From a virus, in the IMG/VR virus record IMGVR_UViG_3300034101_001153, positions 32,177 to 96,176 of that record: a DNA stretch of 64,000 nt. The stretch is one strand, 5' to 3'. Shown here piece by piece: positions 28,337 through 39,747 of this stretch (positions within the stretch are counted from its first letter, which is position 1; each line of letters opens with the position of its first letter). The notes beneath the pieces are model-generated. The model did no database searches. It was not told the DNA's origin and saw nothing but the letters and a program-made list of their open reading frames with translations. Made by a program: the position numbers and the translations under genes.

Positions 28337-31300
28337 TATGACTCACCTACCTGTATAAGAGTTACTTTCATAGATGGGCCTTCTTCAGAAACTGATCTAT
28401 TTATTTCAGATACAATAAATACAGAATTACTAAATATTGAATTGTCCATATTATATCCTCTATCGGAGGAAAAGACTCTAACCTTGTCCCCTAATTCGAT
28501 AAGTGGATTAGGAAACATCTCTAGTGATATCTTGAATCTTTGATTACTGCAATTCTTTAAAATCCATTTCATAAGTTTATCTGCTTGATCAATACTTTGG
28601 ATATAAGTACTATCTATATTAAATCCTTTAATACCATATACAGATTTATTGAATTCTATGTCTGTTGATTTTGTTCCGTCCTCATCTATTTTTTTGTATA
28701 TGCTATCTACTGTTATGTTGCCCGTGCTTAATTCTTCTAATTGAGGCCCCAAAATCCATAAAGGAAGATCATCTTCATCTACAATTCTAATTGCAGTATT
28801 AGACGTATTGACAACAACAACTTCTGCTCCAAAGGGAGTATATCTTTGTTTTTTAATCATATACTGTGGATTAACTCTTGATATATCTATTAGTTTAGAA
28901 AAGAGTACTGGCGAATTATATCTTGGCTCATACTTTTTAACCTGTCTAACAATTTTACCAAAATCATTGTAATATAGCCTAAATCTATTTTTAAATAAGT
29001 AATGCGTACTCTGAGGAATACTTCCTCTCTGCACTAATTCATCAAACTCTACATTGGCTTTGAATATGCTTTCATTTGCGCCAGCCTTATTTGTTTTTGC
29101 TGCGGCATAAATATTTTCATATATGGCCTCAGAATCATTTCTAACAAACATGAATACATTTTTCTTGTCTTTAAAGTATCTAGTAGGGACCTTATCTTGA
29201 ATCTTTTTCTTTGGGCTTATGTCTCGTCCACCATAGTATATTTTAAATTCTACGCCTTTATTGGCATATTCCATTCTTATTTCTAGATCAAACACTGGGT
29301 CTCCAGGATTATTTTCTCCAGCGACTACTTGAGCATCAAGATTCGAAACTGTGTATGATTTTACTTGTGCAGTTGCTAATAAATTAGGTTTGATCTTTCC
29401 ATCTTTAGCCTCTAATTTATAAAATCTTAAATTATTTTTAAATGCTTCCTTAGCAGCAAAATCTTTACCGGACCCTAAAGTTTCTACTTCAAGGAAGTAC
29501 CCTGAGTTTATAATTGTTTTTCCGCCCTGCCTTTTCATGTCAAGGCCGATTCCTACTCCAGCAATAGAAGAATTTGTTGTCATCTGAGTCTGGTTTCCTT
29601 TAGTATTTTTTCTGGCGGAGTATAGTCTCATTGTCGTTCCAACAATATTTGGAGTAAATTCTAGATCTATCTTTTGACCGTAGACAAACCTTTCTCCAAG
29701 AGTATAGACATAGGGGTCAAACTCCGATCCAGGAACAAGGTCATCTACTTTATCATCAATTTTATTTTGTGCAGATAATACTTGATTGTCTGATCCAGCA
29801 TTTAATGCTTTTCGATCCTCTAGAGGAGATCTATTTCCTATAAGTCTTAAATATCCAAGATACGTTTTATAGTTTTCTTTTGGAAGTTTGAGGGCTCTTT
29901 TTATCTTTTGTATACCAGATATTTTGGAAAAGTCATACAGCACAGTTATTTTAGGAAATCTTCCTGGGGCTTCTACGTTTGGTTTTCCACCAATTATTAT
30001 ACTAAATCTATCATTTTTTTCTAGTCCAGTGGAATTTTCATTAAATGCTTTATGTGCTGCAACCTTAGTCCCAAATTGTGCCCTTCCATCTCCATCAACT
30101 ATATAAGAATAGGTTCCGTCATCATTACTATTATCTATTCTAAATCTTACATAATTTACCAATGCTATTGGAACTATAGACCCTCTTAATTCAGATTTAT
30201 TAATAAAATTATTTAAATCTTCTCTACTAAAAAATACTTTTGGAACCGTAGAGCCATTGACAGAATATGCTATTCCATTATATTCAATGATTTCACTATC
30301 TACCATTACATATCCAGACATTGTAGGAAATGTATATATTTCATTTCTATCAAGATACATGAGTAGTGATTGCTGTTTGGCTGAATTTGTTGTTGCTTCC
30401 TGGACCATTATCTTGATGGCCTCATGCTGATCTATGGCATCAATTGGTGATGTGTATAAATTTTTAACTCTTGTACTAGAAATATCTTTTAGAAGATTGG
30501 CTGCTCCTAGAACAGATTCATTATCAGATCCTGGTGACCAGACTTTACTAAATGTATAGTTGTATCCAGTTCCAACTAAAGAGTTGGCTGGCATATCATC
30601 TAATATATTTTTAGGAATAGCATCCTCTAATATAGATGTTCCTGGAGACTTTCTAATTCCATAGGAATGATATGTTATTGTTCCCTCAGTCACTGGATCA
30701 ATTTTTTCTTCCTGTGCTGTTATAACATTTGGCTTGTATCCATTAATATATGAATATTCTGTATTTGATGTAGTATATTTGTCATCATATATCGCCCAGA
30801 AGTCTGTTCCTCCGCTTGTCGTACTGGTAGATTCATTAATTCTTTCAGTATTACAAACTCTTTCTTTGGTAAGAACATTGAGGTTACCAACAGCATCGAT
30901 GAACATCGCTGATTGAGTCGCCACTGCTATATTTTCTAAAACCTCAGCAACGGTTTGCTCTCTATTACAAAAAAAGTTTTTTATTAAAGTATCCTCGTCG
31001 GTGGCATCAGAATTGGATTGTTTAAATTCATATCCAGTAATTCCAAGATTATCTAAAAGCATAAGAATAAGTACGGAAAAGGGTATTCCCTTTGATGTAA
31101 TTGTAGCCAAATCGACCGCATTTGTTTCTTGAAATATCCTCATCCTATCTGATAATGAAACATTTGCTGTGTAGTCTTCACCAATGTCCCAAGAATCTGA
31201 ATACATTACTTTTAGGGGAACATTAGAAGATGACACTGTTTGATAGAATCTGAACTCAACATCGGGGGTTAAAAGATGCTGGGCTGCCGCGCTTCCAGAT

Positions 31301-32340
31301 AAAAGGAATGTTTGACTTTCATTTGAAAGCATGACATTGCCATTTGAAGAAACAATTTTTCCTACTGGGAGGCCAAACTCGCCTTCTGCAATTGATGAAT
31401 TAAATGAAAAACTTTCTGTATATGCAGAAACATCTGCTTCCAATCTTGGCGACATTTCAATAAGTTCTAATGATGATCTAAACTTTCTAGAGACATTAGA
31501 TATGGTTGCAATAACTGGAGACATTTCAATAACTCTTAACCTTATTCCTTTTATTAGTTTTGTTTGAGTTGATGGAGAGGATATCTCGCTAAGATTAGTT
31601 ATTCTATTTACAGTTTTTGTCCAAAAAGCAGTATTGTTGTAATAAATTTCTAATTTGCCATTTACCCAGTCTGTTGCTGATGTGCCATTATAAACTTGCT
31701 GCCAGGAACTTCCAACTAATATATCAACATAGAAGTTTTCTGGAACAGAAACATGATTTTGAACAGATATCAATATTTTATTACATGGAAATGAGTTCTC
31801 GTACACAACAAATGGATTGGCGTTATTTATTGCACCATTAACATTTGATACCCCAGCATACTGACTTATATTATCTTTAGATAAGATATTAGAGTTAATG
31901 ATTTTAGCGCTATTGAAATAATCATACCTTCTACTTTCAGTAAACGGATAGTACCTTGCACTACCAGTTGAAAGATTATTCATTCTCATAGAAGAAGTAT
32001 TCTGCCCTATTAACATTCCTGGGAAATATTGAGTTAGTACAATTCCTGGATTTGGTCTATCTCCTTTAAAAACCGATGCTAGGCTTGAAAAATATTGTGC
32101 TTCAGGGGCTTCTTCTGTACTGTCATCATCATATACATAAAATGTATTACCGCTAGAAATTGTTGCATCTAATGAAGAATAATTTGAACTTATTGATCCT
32201 GCGGCACCAGATCCTTGATATACTCCATACTGACTTATCTTTTGATATTTATTCATATTCCATTCAGATATAACTAAATGGGTACTCGTTATGGAGTCAG
32301 ATGATTTCATTAGATTTTTTATAGTTGTGTTATGAATCAT
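28336..32340 (-). CDS. large minor tail (hub/Tal-like) protein
   Basis: Position after Dit-like gene; C-terminal NPLIELGDKV motif. Confidence 0.75.
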   Translation of the reverse strand: MIHNTTIKNLMKSSDSITSTHLVISEWNMNKYQKISQYGVYQGSGAAGSISSNYSSLDATISSGNTFYVYDDDSTEEAPEAQYFSSLASVFKGDRPNPGIVLTQYFPGMLIGQNTSSMRMNNLSTGSARYYPFTESRRYDYFNSAKIINSNILSKDNISQYAGVSNVNGAINNANPFVVYENSFPCNKILISVQNHVSVPENFYVDILVGSSWQQVYNGTSATDWVNGKLEIYYNNTAFWTKTVNRITNLSEISSPSTQTKLIKGIRLRVIEMSPVIATISNVSRKFRSSLELIEMSPRLEADVSAYTESFSFNSSIAEGEFGLPVGKIVSSNGNVMLSNESQTFLLSGSAAAQHLLTPDVEFRFYQTVSSSNVPLKVMYSDSWDIGEDYTANVSLSDRMRIFQETNAVDLATITSKGIPFSVLILMLLDNLGITGYEFKQSNSDATDEDTLIKNFFCNREQTVAEVLENIAVATQSAMFIDAVGNLNVLTKERVCNTERINESTSTTSGGTDFWAIYDDKYTTSNTEYSYINGYKPNVITAQEEKIDPVTEGTITYHSYGIRKSPGTSILEDAIPKNILDDMPANSLVGTGYNYTFSKVWSPGSDNESVLGAANLLKDISSTRVKNLYTSPIDAIDQHEAIKIMVQEATTNSAKQQSLLMYLDRNEIYTFPTMSGYVMVDSEIIEYNGIAYSVNGSTVPKVFFSREDLNNFINKSELRGSIVPIALVNYVRFRIDNSNDDGTYSYIVDGDGRAQFGTKVAAHKAFNENSTGLEKNDRFSIIIGGKPNVEAPGRFPKITVLYDFSKISGIQKIKRALKLPKENYKTYLGYLRLIGNRSPLEDRKALNAGSDNQVLSAQNKIDDKVDDLVPGSEFDPYVYTLGERFVYGQKIDLEFTPNIVGTTMRLYSARKNTKGNQTQMTTNSSIAGVGIGLDMKRQGGKTIINSGYFLEVETLGSGKDFAAKEAFKNNLRFYKLEAKDGKIKPNLLATAQVKSYTVSNLDAQVVAGENNPGDPVFDLEIRMEYANKGVEFKIYYGGRDISPKKKIQDKVPTRYFKDKKNVFMFVRNDSEAIYENIYAAAKTNKAGANESIFKANVEFDELVQRGSIPQSTHYLFKNRFRLYYNDFGKIVRQVKKYEPRYNSPVLFSKLIDISRVNPQYMIKKQRYTPFGAEVVVVNTSNTAIRIVDEDDLPLWILGPQLEELSTGNITVDSIYKKIDEDGTKSTDIEFNKSVYGIKGFNIDSTYIQSIDQADKLMKWILKNCSNQRFKISLEMFPNPLIELGDKVRVFSSDRGYNMDNSIFSNSVFIVSEINRSVSEEGPSMKVTLIQVGES

Positions 32341-32883
32341 TTATACCTCCGCTAACGACAGTGACATGTCCCATAAATCATAAATAGCGCCTCTTGTTTT
32401 TACATTGTATGTAAAACTTTCAAAGAAAACATTATACGTTTCAACTCTATATTTTACTGGAATGTCTCCAGTTCCTTCTGGATTTGGTGTGTCATATACG
32501 AGTAATACATAAAAACTATCTGTATTGTTTTCATACCAGTTAAGTATTTCTTTACCGCCAGCCCATCCTGGTGCAAATGTAGTTCTATTTTCAGAAACAT
32601 ATGAGGCGCTAGATGGAATGTCTGCCCAGGAAAGAGAGAACAGTTTTTTATCTGCAACATGATATGACCTCATGGTGCCATCGATCATTCTTTTTCTATA
32701 TTCTATTCTATCTAATGAAACTTGTAGGTCAGATCGGTTGTCGTCGGTAATAAAAATATAATCGGTTCCAGCAGTTCCAGAAATATTCCATGATCCATCT
32801 ACTGCATTATTTGGTATAGGTGCTGATGCTGTAAATGCCATTAAACTTGGTCTGAACCATGTCTTATATAAATTTATAGCCAC
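32341..32883 (-). CDS. distal tail-like minor tail protein
   Basis: RMIDGTMRSYHVADK motif; directly after the tape measure gene. Confidence 0.75.
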   Translation of the reverse strand: MAINLYKTWFRPSLMAFTASAPIPNNAVDGSWNISGTAGTDYIFITDDNRSDLQVSLDRIEYRKRMIDGTMRSYHVADKKLFSLSWADIPSSASYVSENRTTFAPGWAGGKEILNWYENNTDSFYVLLVYDTPNPEGTGDIPVKYRVETYNVFFESFTYNVKTRGAIYDLWDMSLSLAEV

Positions 32884-35800
32884 TATGATACCACCCTGCT
32901 ATGCTGTCTGCGAGTCTTTTCAGAATTTATTCTCTTAATAACTATATCTGCTACCACCGCTGGGTCCTTAACTCCATTTGCATTAATATTAATATTATAC
33001 ATGCTGCTGTTAGCACTAAAGTTTGATGAGGGCATTGATACTTGGCCTCCTAGATTATATCTAGGCATAATTCCTTTTCGTGGAATTGATCCAATCATTC
33101 CACCATTAGCATATCCTCTTGGCCTGCCAGCAGAAGAAAAATGTTGTTGGTTCCAAGAATTAAATACACTTTCAGTTCTAACGCCAGTTGAAGGACTTGA
33201 TGCTTCAACAATTCCACCTTTACCATCATACATTGATGCGTGGTGGGCACCATTTTTAAAGAAGAATAATAGATCTCCTGCCTTGCCGCCAGTGGTCCAA
33301 GTTTTTGGATCTAATTGACTTCCAATTCTAGCAACTTCATTTACTTGTGTATAAGAGTATGGGGTTAGTCTTACTTTAGCATTATCATCATCGTATCCCT
33401 TACTGGGATCTGCTCCAGTGGCTACTGCCCATGCCCATGCGGTAAGTTTTGTGCAGTCCCAACTATTTGGAGGGCGAGCACCAGGAGGTGTATCTACATA
33501 TGGCTCTCCAACTTGCGATCTTGCATAATTAAGGGCCGCATCTCCACCAGTACCTGTGGGAAATGTTTCATTATTTGTAGTTCCACTACCACTAGAGCCT
33601 CTTCCACCTCTATTTCCCCTATTTCTATTTTCTTTTTCAAGTGGTTTTCTTTGTACAAATCTAGCAAACGGGCTTCTATCCTGTAATCTAGGTGGCTTAT
33701 CTCCAATTGGGTCGCCAACTCTTCCACCATTAGCGAATCTACCAGCATTAACAGCGTCAAAGAATTCTGGTCCATACCTTTCAACACTGGATGCACGAAT
33801 AACATATTCTCCGTTGGAAAGATAAGCAGGAATAAGATCATCTTTTGGACCGCCTGGTCCTGATATATATCCACCACTAGCACGATTTTGTGGAGCAATA
33901 TCTGGCTGTTTCCTAAATTGTGGAAATCCTAAATATTGAAAAACATCTTGCATTGGCCCAGCGGAGCCAAAAACATCTCTATACATACTGGATAATTCTG
34001 CTGTAGCATCCTGAGTAGTAATATCTCTTTGAATGATTTGCTGTTGAAGTAAAGCATGTGTTTCTTTCAATAAATTATCAATTCTAGTTTTATATTTAAA
34101 AGCCTCGGAAGTTCCAAATGCTTTTTCTATATCTTTTATAGATGCTAGTTCTTCTTCTCTTATGTTTTCAATTAGTGTTTGCATTTCATTATTATTAATT
34201 CTTTGTTGTTCTATTTTTGCATTTTGTGCATCAATGTACGCCTGCTTTTCATCTTCAATGCCCTTCATTGCAGAGTCATGCGCTCTTTGATCAAGATCCA
34301 TCTGCTCTTGTTTTTTATCTATTGCATCTTGAATGGCTTCAGTTTCTGCGCTCTTTCTATCTTCAATTCTTTGTATTTCTTGTTCATATGCATAGTCGGC
34401 GGCGTTAGCCTGCATTTCATTTCTAGCACCAAGGAATGCGAACACATCTCCTTCAGCAAGACTTTGTAGCGCACTCATACTTGATTTGCGTTGATCAGCA
34501 TGGAACTTATCTGCCTTCTGTCTCTTTTGTATTGAATCTACATAAGCATCTGCACTTTTTTCTATTTGTTCTTGTTCTTTTTCAAGTGCTTTAATTTCAT
34601 CTTCAGCGGCCTGTTGTTGTTGCTCAAATGCCTCTGACATTCCTTCTGATCCAGACTCAAATTTCTTAAGTCCAGCATCTCTATTGCTTATTAATTTATC
34701 TAATCTGGATTGTCCTTGTTGAAGCATTTTGCTCATTGAGCCTTCTTCAGATACTAATGCTTGGACTTGACGTTTTGCTGCATTAACGGCATTTTGTAAT
34801 GCTGCTGTGTTGACTCTAAAATTAACTTCAACTTCTAGTGCTGGAATGCCACCCTGAGTTATAATTTGTTGAATCTCTCCTGGTGTTATGCCAGCAGATA
34901 TTGCTCTCATTATTGCCTGTGACTTTTCTTCGCTATCTCCAATAAATCTTCCAAGAGCATCACCAGCATTTTTATCTATTGATGTTAAAAAGTCTTTTAC
35001 TGGCTGGGGGTCAAACGCTATCTGACCATTTTTTCTTGCTTCTTCTGCAAGTCGATCAAATGCATCTATTGCTTTTTCTGGTGCCTTTTCAAAAAGCACA
35101 AATAGTTGTTCTGTTATTCCAACAAGTTGTCCAGATGTAATATCTGACATAGCCAAAATATCAGAATTCATTTGATTTATTGCTCTAGCCCTATCTGTAT
35201 TTCCAAAAACTCCTGGTTGGGCCAATGCAGCATTCATTGGCATCAGTCCTATGCCACTATCTCCATAAGCAAATGCACCCTCTTGTGGCTGTGATGATGG
35301 ATAGATGAGTTCTAACTCTTCACGCATTTGATTTGCCAGTCCTGCATTTTGAGATGGGCTAAACAAAGTTACAACATTTTCAATCATTTGTCCAGTTGTC
35401 ATCTTTTTAAGCATTTCATTCTTCATTGCTACACCGAATGCAGTACCTCCTGCTGTTCCAGCCTCCTCAGCAATAGCCTGAACTGCATCTTTAGCCTCTT
35501 GTGCAGATAATCCAGATGCAACCATTTTATTAAATGCAATAGCGAGTTGTTGAGCGCCTGCTGTAGCAGTAGAATACTTAAGTCTTTCTATAAGTGGAGC
35601 GTAGTCTTCTCTGACAGCCTCTTTAAGAGCATCATCAATTTCTGATATATCTTCTAGCCCAGTCTGTACCTCTAAAGTATTTTGTTTAATAATTTCAGTA
35701 ACATCACTAATACTTTTACCAAAATATTCAGCAGTTTTGGCTGGGTCGGCAAACGCTGATATTGCTCTTTGTCTGGCTTCTTCCGCCGCATTCTTATACA

Positions 35801-38800
35801 TAACGAATCCAGCAATTGCTGCTGTAATACCTACACCAGCGGCTATTCCTACTGGACCGCCAAGCATTGATAGTGCTGCTCCTCCACGAACTAGTGCTGA
35901 AGTGGCAAGACCAGTAGTTCCAGCGGCGGCTCTGGTTGCACCAGCAGCGCCTACTTTTCCTCCAAGTGTTCCAAGGCCAAGAAGATTTGTTGGCATCTTA
36001 CTTGGCATAAGCATCATAAGGCTTGAGACAGCCATTAGACCCATACTAAATTTACTTAATGCTTGTGTAGCAGCGGAAGTTTGATCTCCAAACATAGTAA
36101 CTGTTGAGGCAGCCATTGAAAGGCCAAACATAGCATTCATTGCTCCACTACCCATTAGTGAGCGGCGTTCATCATCTGCAACTGATCCAGTTCTTTGTGG
36201 CATACCTGGCATACCTAGATCTACTACTGATCTTCTTATTCTTTCTGTCTCTCCACTGGCTCCGCTGAATCTTAAGGGAAGTCCAGTTGGTCCATAAATT
36301 GTTGATACTGTTGGTCCAAGGGACATTTGTCTGGGATCAATGATGGGGCCAGTGGCAGTGGCTCCACGACCTGGAATTATCAATCCTGATGTTACCTCTG
36401 CTGCTATTCTTTGACCAGCAGGTTTTCCATCAACGGAGTCTGCCCCAATAATGAATCCATCTGATAAATTCTTTCCAACTCTTTCTGCCTCTCTTGATGG
36501 TGATGATTGTTGAGAATGAACCTTTATTGCTGTCAACACTTCATTTGGAAGTTCTGCTACCTGAATTCCAGTATTTATCATTGTTTCTCTTATTCGTTGT
36601 AGGCTTTGAGCAAGCACATTTTTAACTTCTAGGGAAACTGCATCTGTTTGTCCTCGCATTGAGTTAAATATTGATAAATATCTATTGTATGCAGTCTGCA
36701 TTTCTGCATTTGTAACTCCTGCAAGTTGTTGTTGTTGTAGTGTTTGATTTAAATACTCTCTTAGTCTAAGAGTAACGGTTGTTTGTCCACGAACTGCTCT
36801 TTTCGTTGCTGGCACAATACCAGATTCAATATCTTGAGCCATAGACTGTAAGACTCTTCTATACTCTGAAACATCCATTTCATGTTGAATTGCCCCAGTT
36901 TCAACAGCGTGCATTATTCTCTGACGTTGTTTTTCATCTTGTATAATTTCTTCTGCTTTTTGTTTGAAGAATCCAACATTTCTTCTAGTGGACAATATTG
37001 TTTGTAGTTGATTTTCTGCCTGTGTAATATTTTTCCACAAATCAACATGCCAACCTAGATTACCGCCTCCACTGAATTTGTATGCGTCCTGCCTTGAAAC
37101 ATTTCTAACCCCTACTCCACTTTCTGATTCTTGTAGTCTTTTTATAAGTGCATACATTCCTGGCATATCGCTTTGAACAGTGGAGAAGATATGTCCTTTT
37201 GCGGTTCCCATCTCCATGCCATTTTGGAATCCTTGAATGGTTCCTCTATTCATTGCTGAAAGAATTAGTCCAAATTTAGAAGTAGCCTCTTTATTCATTA
37301 CAAATTCGCCTGGTTCAAGGAGGGCTGGTATTCTATCTCCGCCTCCAAATCCACCTGGAACCATCTCTGGCCCCATGCTTCCTCTTGCTCTTCTAATTGG
37401 GGCTGGTACTGGGCGAACCATCATATTTGGAGAGGTCGTTGCTGTCTGTCTTAATTGAGTTAGATATTTTCCAAGTTCTCTGTTTAGTCCAGCGACTATT
37501 CCTGTTTGATTAGCAAATGATTGAGAAAGATTATCTACTTGTAATGACGCTGCGGCAGTTTCTGCATCAAGAAGTTCAAACTTCTGTACATTGATTCCGC
37601 CAATTCTTGCTCCAAGAGAAACTATAGACATTCCAAATTTAATTGAGTTACCTATTAAGTTCTTGAACAGGCCGACGAGCATCAGAACTGGGCCAGCAAT
37701 TAACGCCGCTCCTGCAAGAATTTTCATTGGTTCTTTTAGGAATGATGGCATATTTTCAAAACCAGATTTAACAACATCAATGATTCCAGAAAGTTTTTCA
37801 AGGGCTGGCACAAGCATTTCAAGAAGTGACGCGCCCATTGGAATAAGTTGGTTCTTAACAGTTTCTACCATTCTTTGGAATCTTACTGTGGTTGATTCAG
37901 TATAGGCTTTCAATTCTTGATTTGCAATGGCTGCAAGTTCAGTTGTAGATGCTCCTGCTAATTCCATTGCCTGCTGTGTCTGTGATCCTGCTTTTCCAAG
38001 GTTATTGAAAAGAGCAGAGATACGAGCAAACTGATACTTACCAAAAATTTCTTCAATAATCTTTGATCTTGAGAATGCATCAAGACCATTAAGGGCTTCT
38101 TGTACTGCAAAGAGTGTGGGCATCAGTTGTCCCTTATTTGCATCAACTATGCCAACTAGGTCCACACCGAATTGTTTGGCTACCTCAGATGCTTTCTTTG
38201 TAGGATTAATAAGAGATGCCAGACCAGACTTAATTGCGTTCGCGGCTTCGGCTGCTGGGATACCGCCTTCTTTCATTGCTACCATTAGGACAGAAAGATC
38301 TTGAATAGATCCACCAAGTCCCTTAACAACTGGACCAGCCTTTGGAATTGCTTCAACTAAATCATTAAGAGTTGTTGATGTTTGGTTTTCAATAGCGTTA
38401 AGGAAGTTAATTGATTCTGCTAATTCATTTGTATTTTGTTTAAATGCACTCTGAACAGCAAGAGTAGCCTTCATTGCCTCTTGTCTATCTACTTCACCAA
38501 GAACAGCAAGTCTGTTAGTTTGCTCTACTGTATCTAGAAGATCTTGTCCTTCTTTTCCAGTGGCAGCAATATCGGCAGCCAGCCCAACAGTTTCTTTAGC
38601 AGCCACCCCATATTGAGATGAAATTGTTGCTGCTAAGTCCATTACTTGTTTTTTCATTTGTTCTGTAGCAGCAGCAGAGGTTCCAATAACATCTTGTCCA
38701 TAAACCTTAGCAAATCTTGTCATTTGCTTATCAATGTCCATGAATGTTTTAGCAAACGCTGCGCCAAACAAAACTACTGGCATGGTAAGGCCAACTGTTA

Positions 38801-39356
38801 ACTGTCGTCCAGTCCACTGTGTATTCTTACCCATATTGATAAGATCATCGGCACCATTTCTTACTAACTGATTAAATATGCCAAATTCTTGACTTAGAAG
38901 TTTCATTCTTGTGGAGGCATTTTTAAAATCTACTTGAGTAGGAACAGCCATAAGACCTTGCATTTGACCAGCAGCATTTCTACCAACAGGAACAGCAATT
39001 GCCTCTTGGAACCTAACTTGCTCTCTAGCAAGTTGTCTCATCATTGATGATTGTCTGGTATATCCACGATATGCTTCTGCAAAATACTCTCGCATAGTCA
39101 TTTTATTGCTGGCAAGAGCCTTACCAAACTTCTCAGTCTGGCTTGTTATATTAACCATTTGAGTGGTAAATCCACCCATGCTAGAAATATTTGCAGCAAA
39201 AGCCTCTACCATAGAGTTTCTTGCCTTGATCGCTGATTTATCTAATGAATTAAATGCCAAATTGAGCATACCGATTTGACCAGCAAGCGCTTTTGCCTGC
39301 GCCATCGCAGAGCCAAAATCAGCGTCGTACCTAAGAGTGGTTGTAATACTATCCAA
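32883..39356 (-). CDS. tape measure protein with C-terminal NlpC/P60 peptidase
   Basis: 2157 aa, TP901-type core, coiled coils; GEPY...WDCT...GDLLFF...HHASMY. Confidence 0.93.
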   Translation of the reverse strand: MDSITTTLRYDADFGSAMAQAKALAGQIGMLNLAFNSLDKSAIKARNSMVEAFAANISSMGGFTTQMVNITSQTEKFGKALASNKMTMREYFAEAYRGYTRQSSMMRQLAREQVRFQEAIAVPVGRNAAGQMQGLMAVPTQVDFKNASTRMKLLSQEFGIFNQLVRNGADDLINMGKNTQWTGRQLTVGLTMPVVLFGAAFAKTFMDIDKQMTRFAKVYGQDVIGTSAAATEQMKKQVMDLAATISSQYGVAAKETVGLAADIAATGKEGQDLLDTVEQTNRLAVLGEVDRQEAMKATLAVQSAFKQNTNELAESINFLNAIENQTSTTLNDLVEAIPKAGPVVKGLGGSIQDLSVLMVAMKEGGIPAAEAANAIKSGLASLINPTKKASEVAKQFGVDLVGIVDANKGQLMPTLFAVQEALNGLDAFSRSKIIEEIFGKYQFARISALFNNLGKAGSQTQQAMELAGASTTELAAIANQELKAYTESTTVRFQRMVETVKNQLIPMGASLLEMLVPALEKLSGIIDVVKSGFENMPSFLKEPMKILAGAALIAGPVLMLVGLFKNLIGNSIKFGMSIVSLGARIGGINVQKFELLDAETAAASLQVDNLSQSFANQTGIVAGLNRELGKYLTQLRQTATTSPNMMVRPVPAPIRRARGSMGPEMVPGGFGGGDRIPALLEPGEFVMNKEATSKFGLILSAMNRGTIQGFQNGMEMGTAKGHIFSTVQSDMPGMYALIKRLQESESGVGVRNVSRQDAYKFSGGGNLGWHVDLWKNITQAENQLQTILSTRRNVGFFKQKAEEIIQDEKQRQRIMHAVETGAIQHEMDVSEYRRVLQSMAQDIESGIVPATKRAVRGQTTVTLRLREYLNQTLQQQQLAGVTNAEMQTAYNRYLSIFNSMRGQTDAVSLEVKNVLAQSLQRIRETMINTGIQVAELPNEVLTAIKVHSQQSSPSREAERVGKNLSDGFIIGADSVDGKPAGQRIAAEVTSGLIIPGRGATATGPIIDPRQMSLGPTVSTIYGPTGLPLRFSGASGETERIRRSVVDLGMPGMPQRTGSVADDERRSLMGSGAMNAMFGLSMAASTVTMFGDQTSAATQALSKFSMGLMAVSSLMMLMPSKMPTNLLGLGTLGGKVGAAGATRAAAGTTGLATSALVRGGAALSMLGGPVGIAAGVGITAAIAGFVMYKNAAEEARQRAISAFADPAKTAEYFGKSISDVTEIIKQNTLEVQTGLEDISEIDDALKEAVREDYAPLIERLKYSTATAGAQQLAIAFNKMVASGLSAQEAKDAVQAIAEEAGTAGGTAFGVAMKNEMLKKMTTGQMIENVVTLFSPSQNAGLANQMREELELIYPSSQPQEGAFAYGDSGIGLMPMNAALAQPGVFGNTDRARAINQMNSDILAMSDITSGQLVGITEQLFVLFEKAPEKAIDAFDRLAEEARKNGQIAFDPQPVKDFLTSIDKNAGDALGRFIGDSEEKSQAIMRAISAGITPGEIQQIITQGGIPALEVEVNFRVNTAALQNAVNAAKRQVQALVSEEGSMSKMLQQGQSRLDKLISNRDAGLKKFESGSEGMSEAFEQQQQAAEDEIKALEKEQEQIEKSADAYVDSIQKRQKADKFHADQRKSSMSALQSLAEGDVFAFLGARNEMQANAADYAYEQEIQRIEDRKSAETEAIQDAIDKKQEQMDLDQRAHDSAMKGIEDEKQAYIDAQNAKIEQQRINNNEMQTLIENIREEELASIKDIEKAFGTSEAFKYKTRIDNLLKETHALLQQQIIQRDITTQDATAELSSMYRDVFGSAGPMQDVFQYLGFPQFRKQPDIAPQNRASGGYISGPGGPKDDLIPAYLSNGEYVIRASSVERYGPEFFDAVNAGRFANGGRVGDPIGDKPPRLQDRSPFARFVQRKPLEKENRNRGNRGGRGSSGSGTTNNETFPTGTGGDAALNYARSQVGEPYVDTPPGARPPNSWDCTKLTAWAWAVATGADPSKGYDDDNAKVRLTPYSYTQVNEVARIGSQLDPKTWTTGGKAGDLLFFFKNGAHHASMYDGKGGIVEASSPSTGVRTESVFNSWNQQHFSSAGRPRGYANGGMIGSIPRKGIMPRYNLGGQVSMPSSNFSANSSMYNININANGVKDPAVVADIVIKRINSEKTRRQHSRVVS

Positions 39357-39747
39357 CCTCAGCGCCCTCCATGATCATGTATTCAACTCCCATATCAGGA
39401 GTTATTCCCTCTGCTACCGCACCAGCCAAATTAGCATCACCAGTTAATCTTGCTACTGCCCTTGCCTGTATCTCTTCTACCGTTGGAAGTTTCTTTGAAA
39501 CTGTTGTGCTCGTATCATCTTGGGAATTTTCATCTAAATCAATTCCCTGTAGTGCTGCCATAAACTTGTTTCTTCTTTTTTCTGTAGCGTGTATTGCATT
39601 AAGGGTAGCCATTATTTCTGGCATGGAAAGCGACGACTCAAGTTCATCGTAGTCTTTCCAGTGACCTAGTAGAAAGACTTCTGAGACTATCGGTACTAGG
39701 TCTAGTTCGTCCCAACTTGTGCCTGAGCCGTCGCTAGGAGATTTGGG
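39349..39747 (-). CDS. tail assembly chaperone GT, -1 frame segment
   Basis: -1 frame open from the slippery site: PKSPSDGSGTSWDELDL...SMPEIMATL. Confidence 0.8.
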   Translation of the reverse strand, partial: PKSPSDGSGTSWDELDLVPIVSEVFLLGHWKDYDELESSLSMPEIMATLNAIHATEKRRNKFMAALQGIDLDENSQDDTSTTVSKKLPTVEEIQARAVARLTGDANLAGAVAEGITPDMGVEYMIMEGAEVG

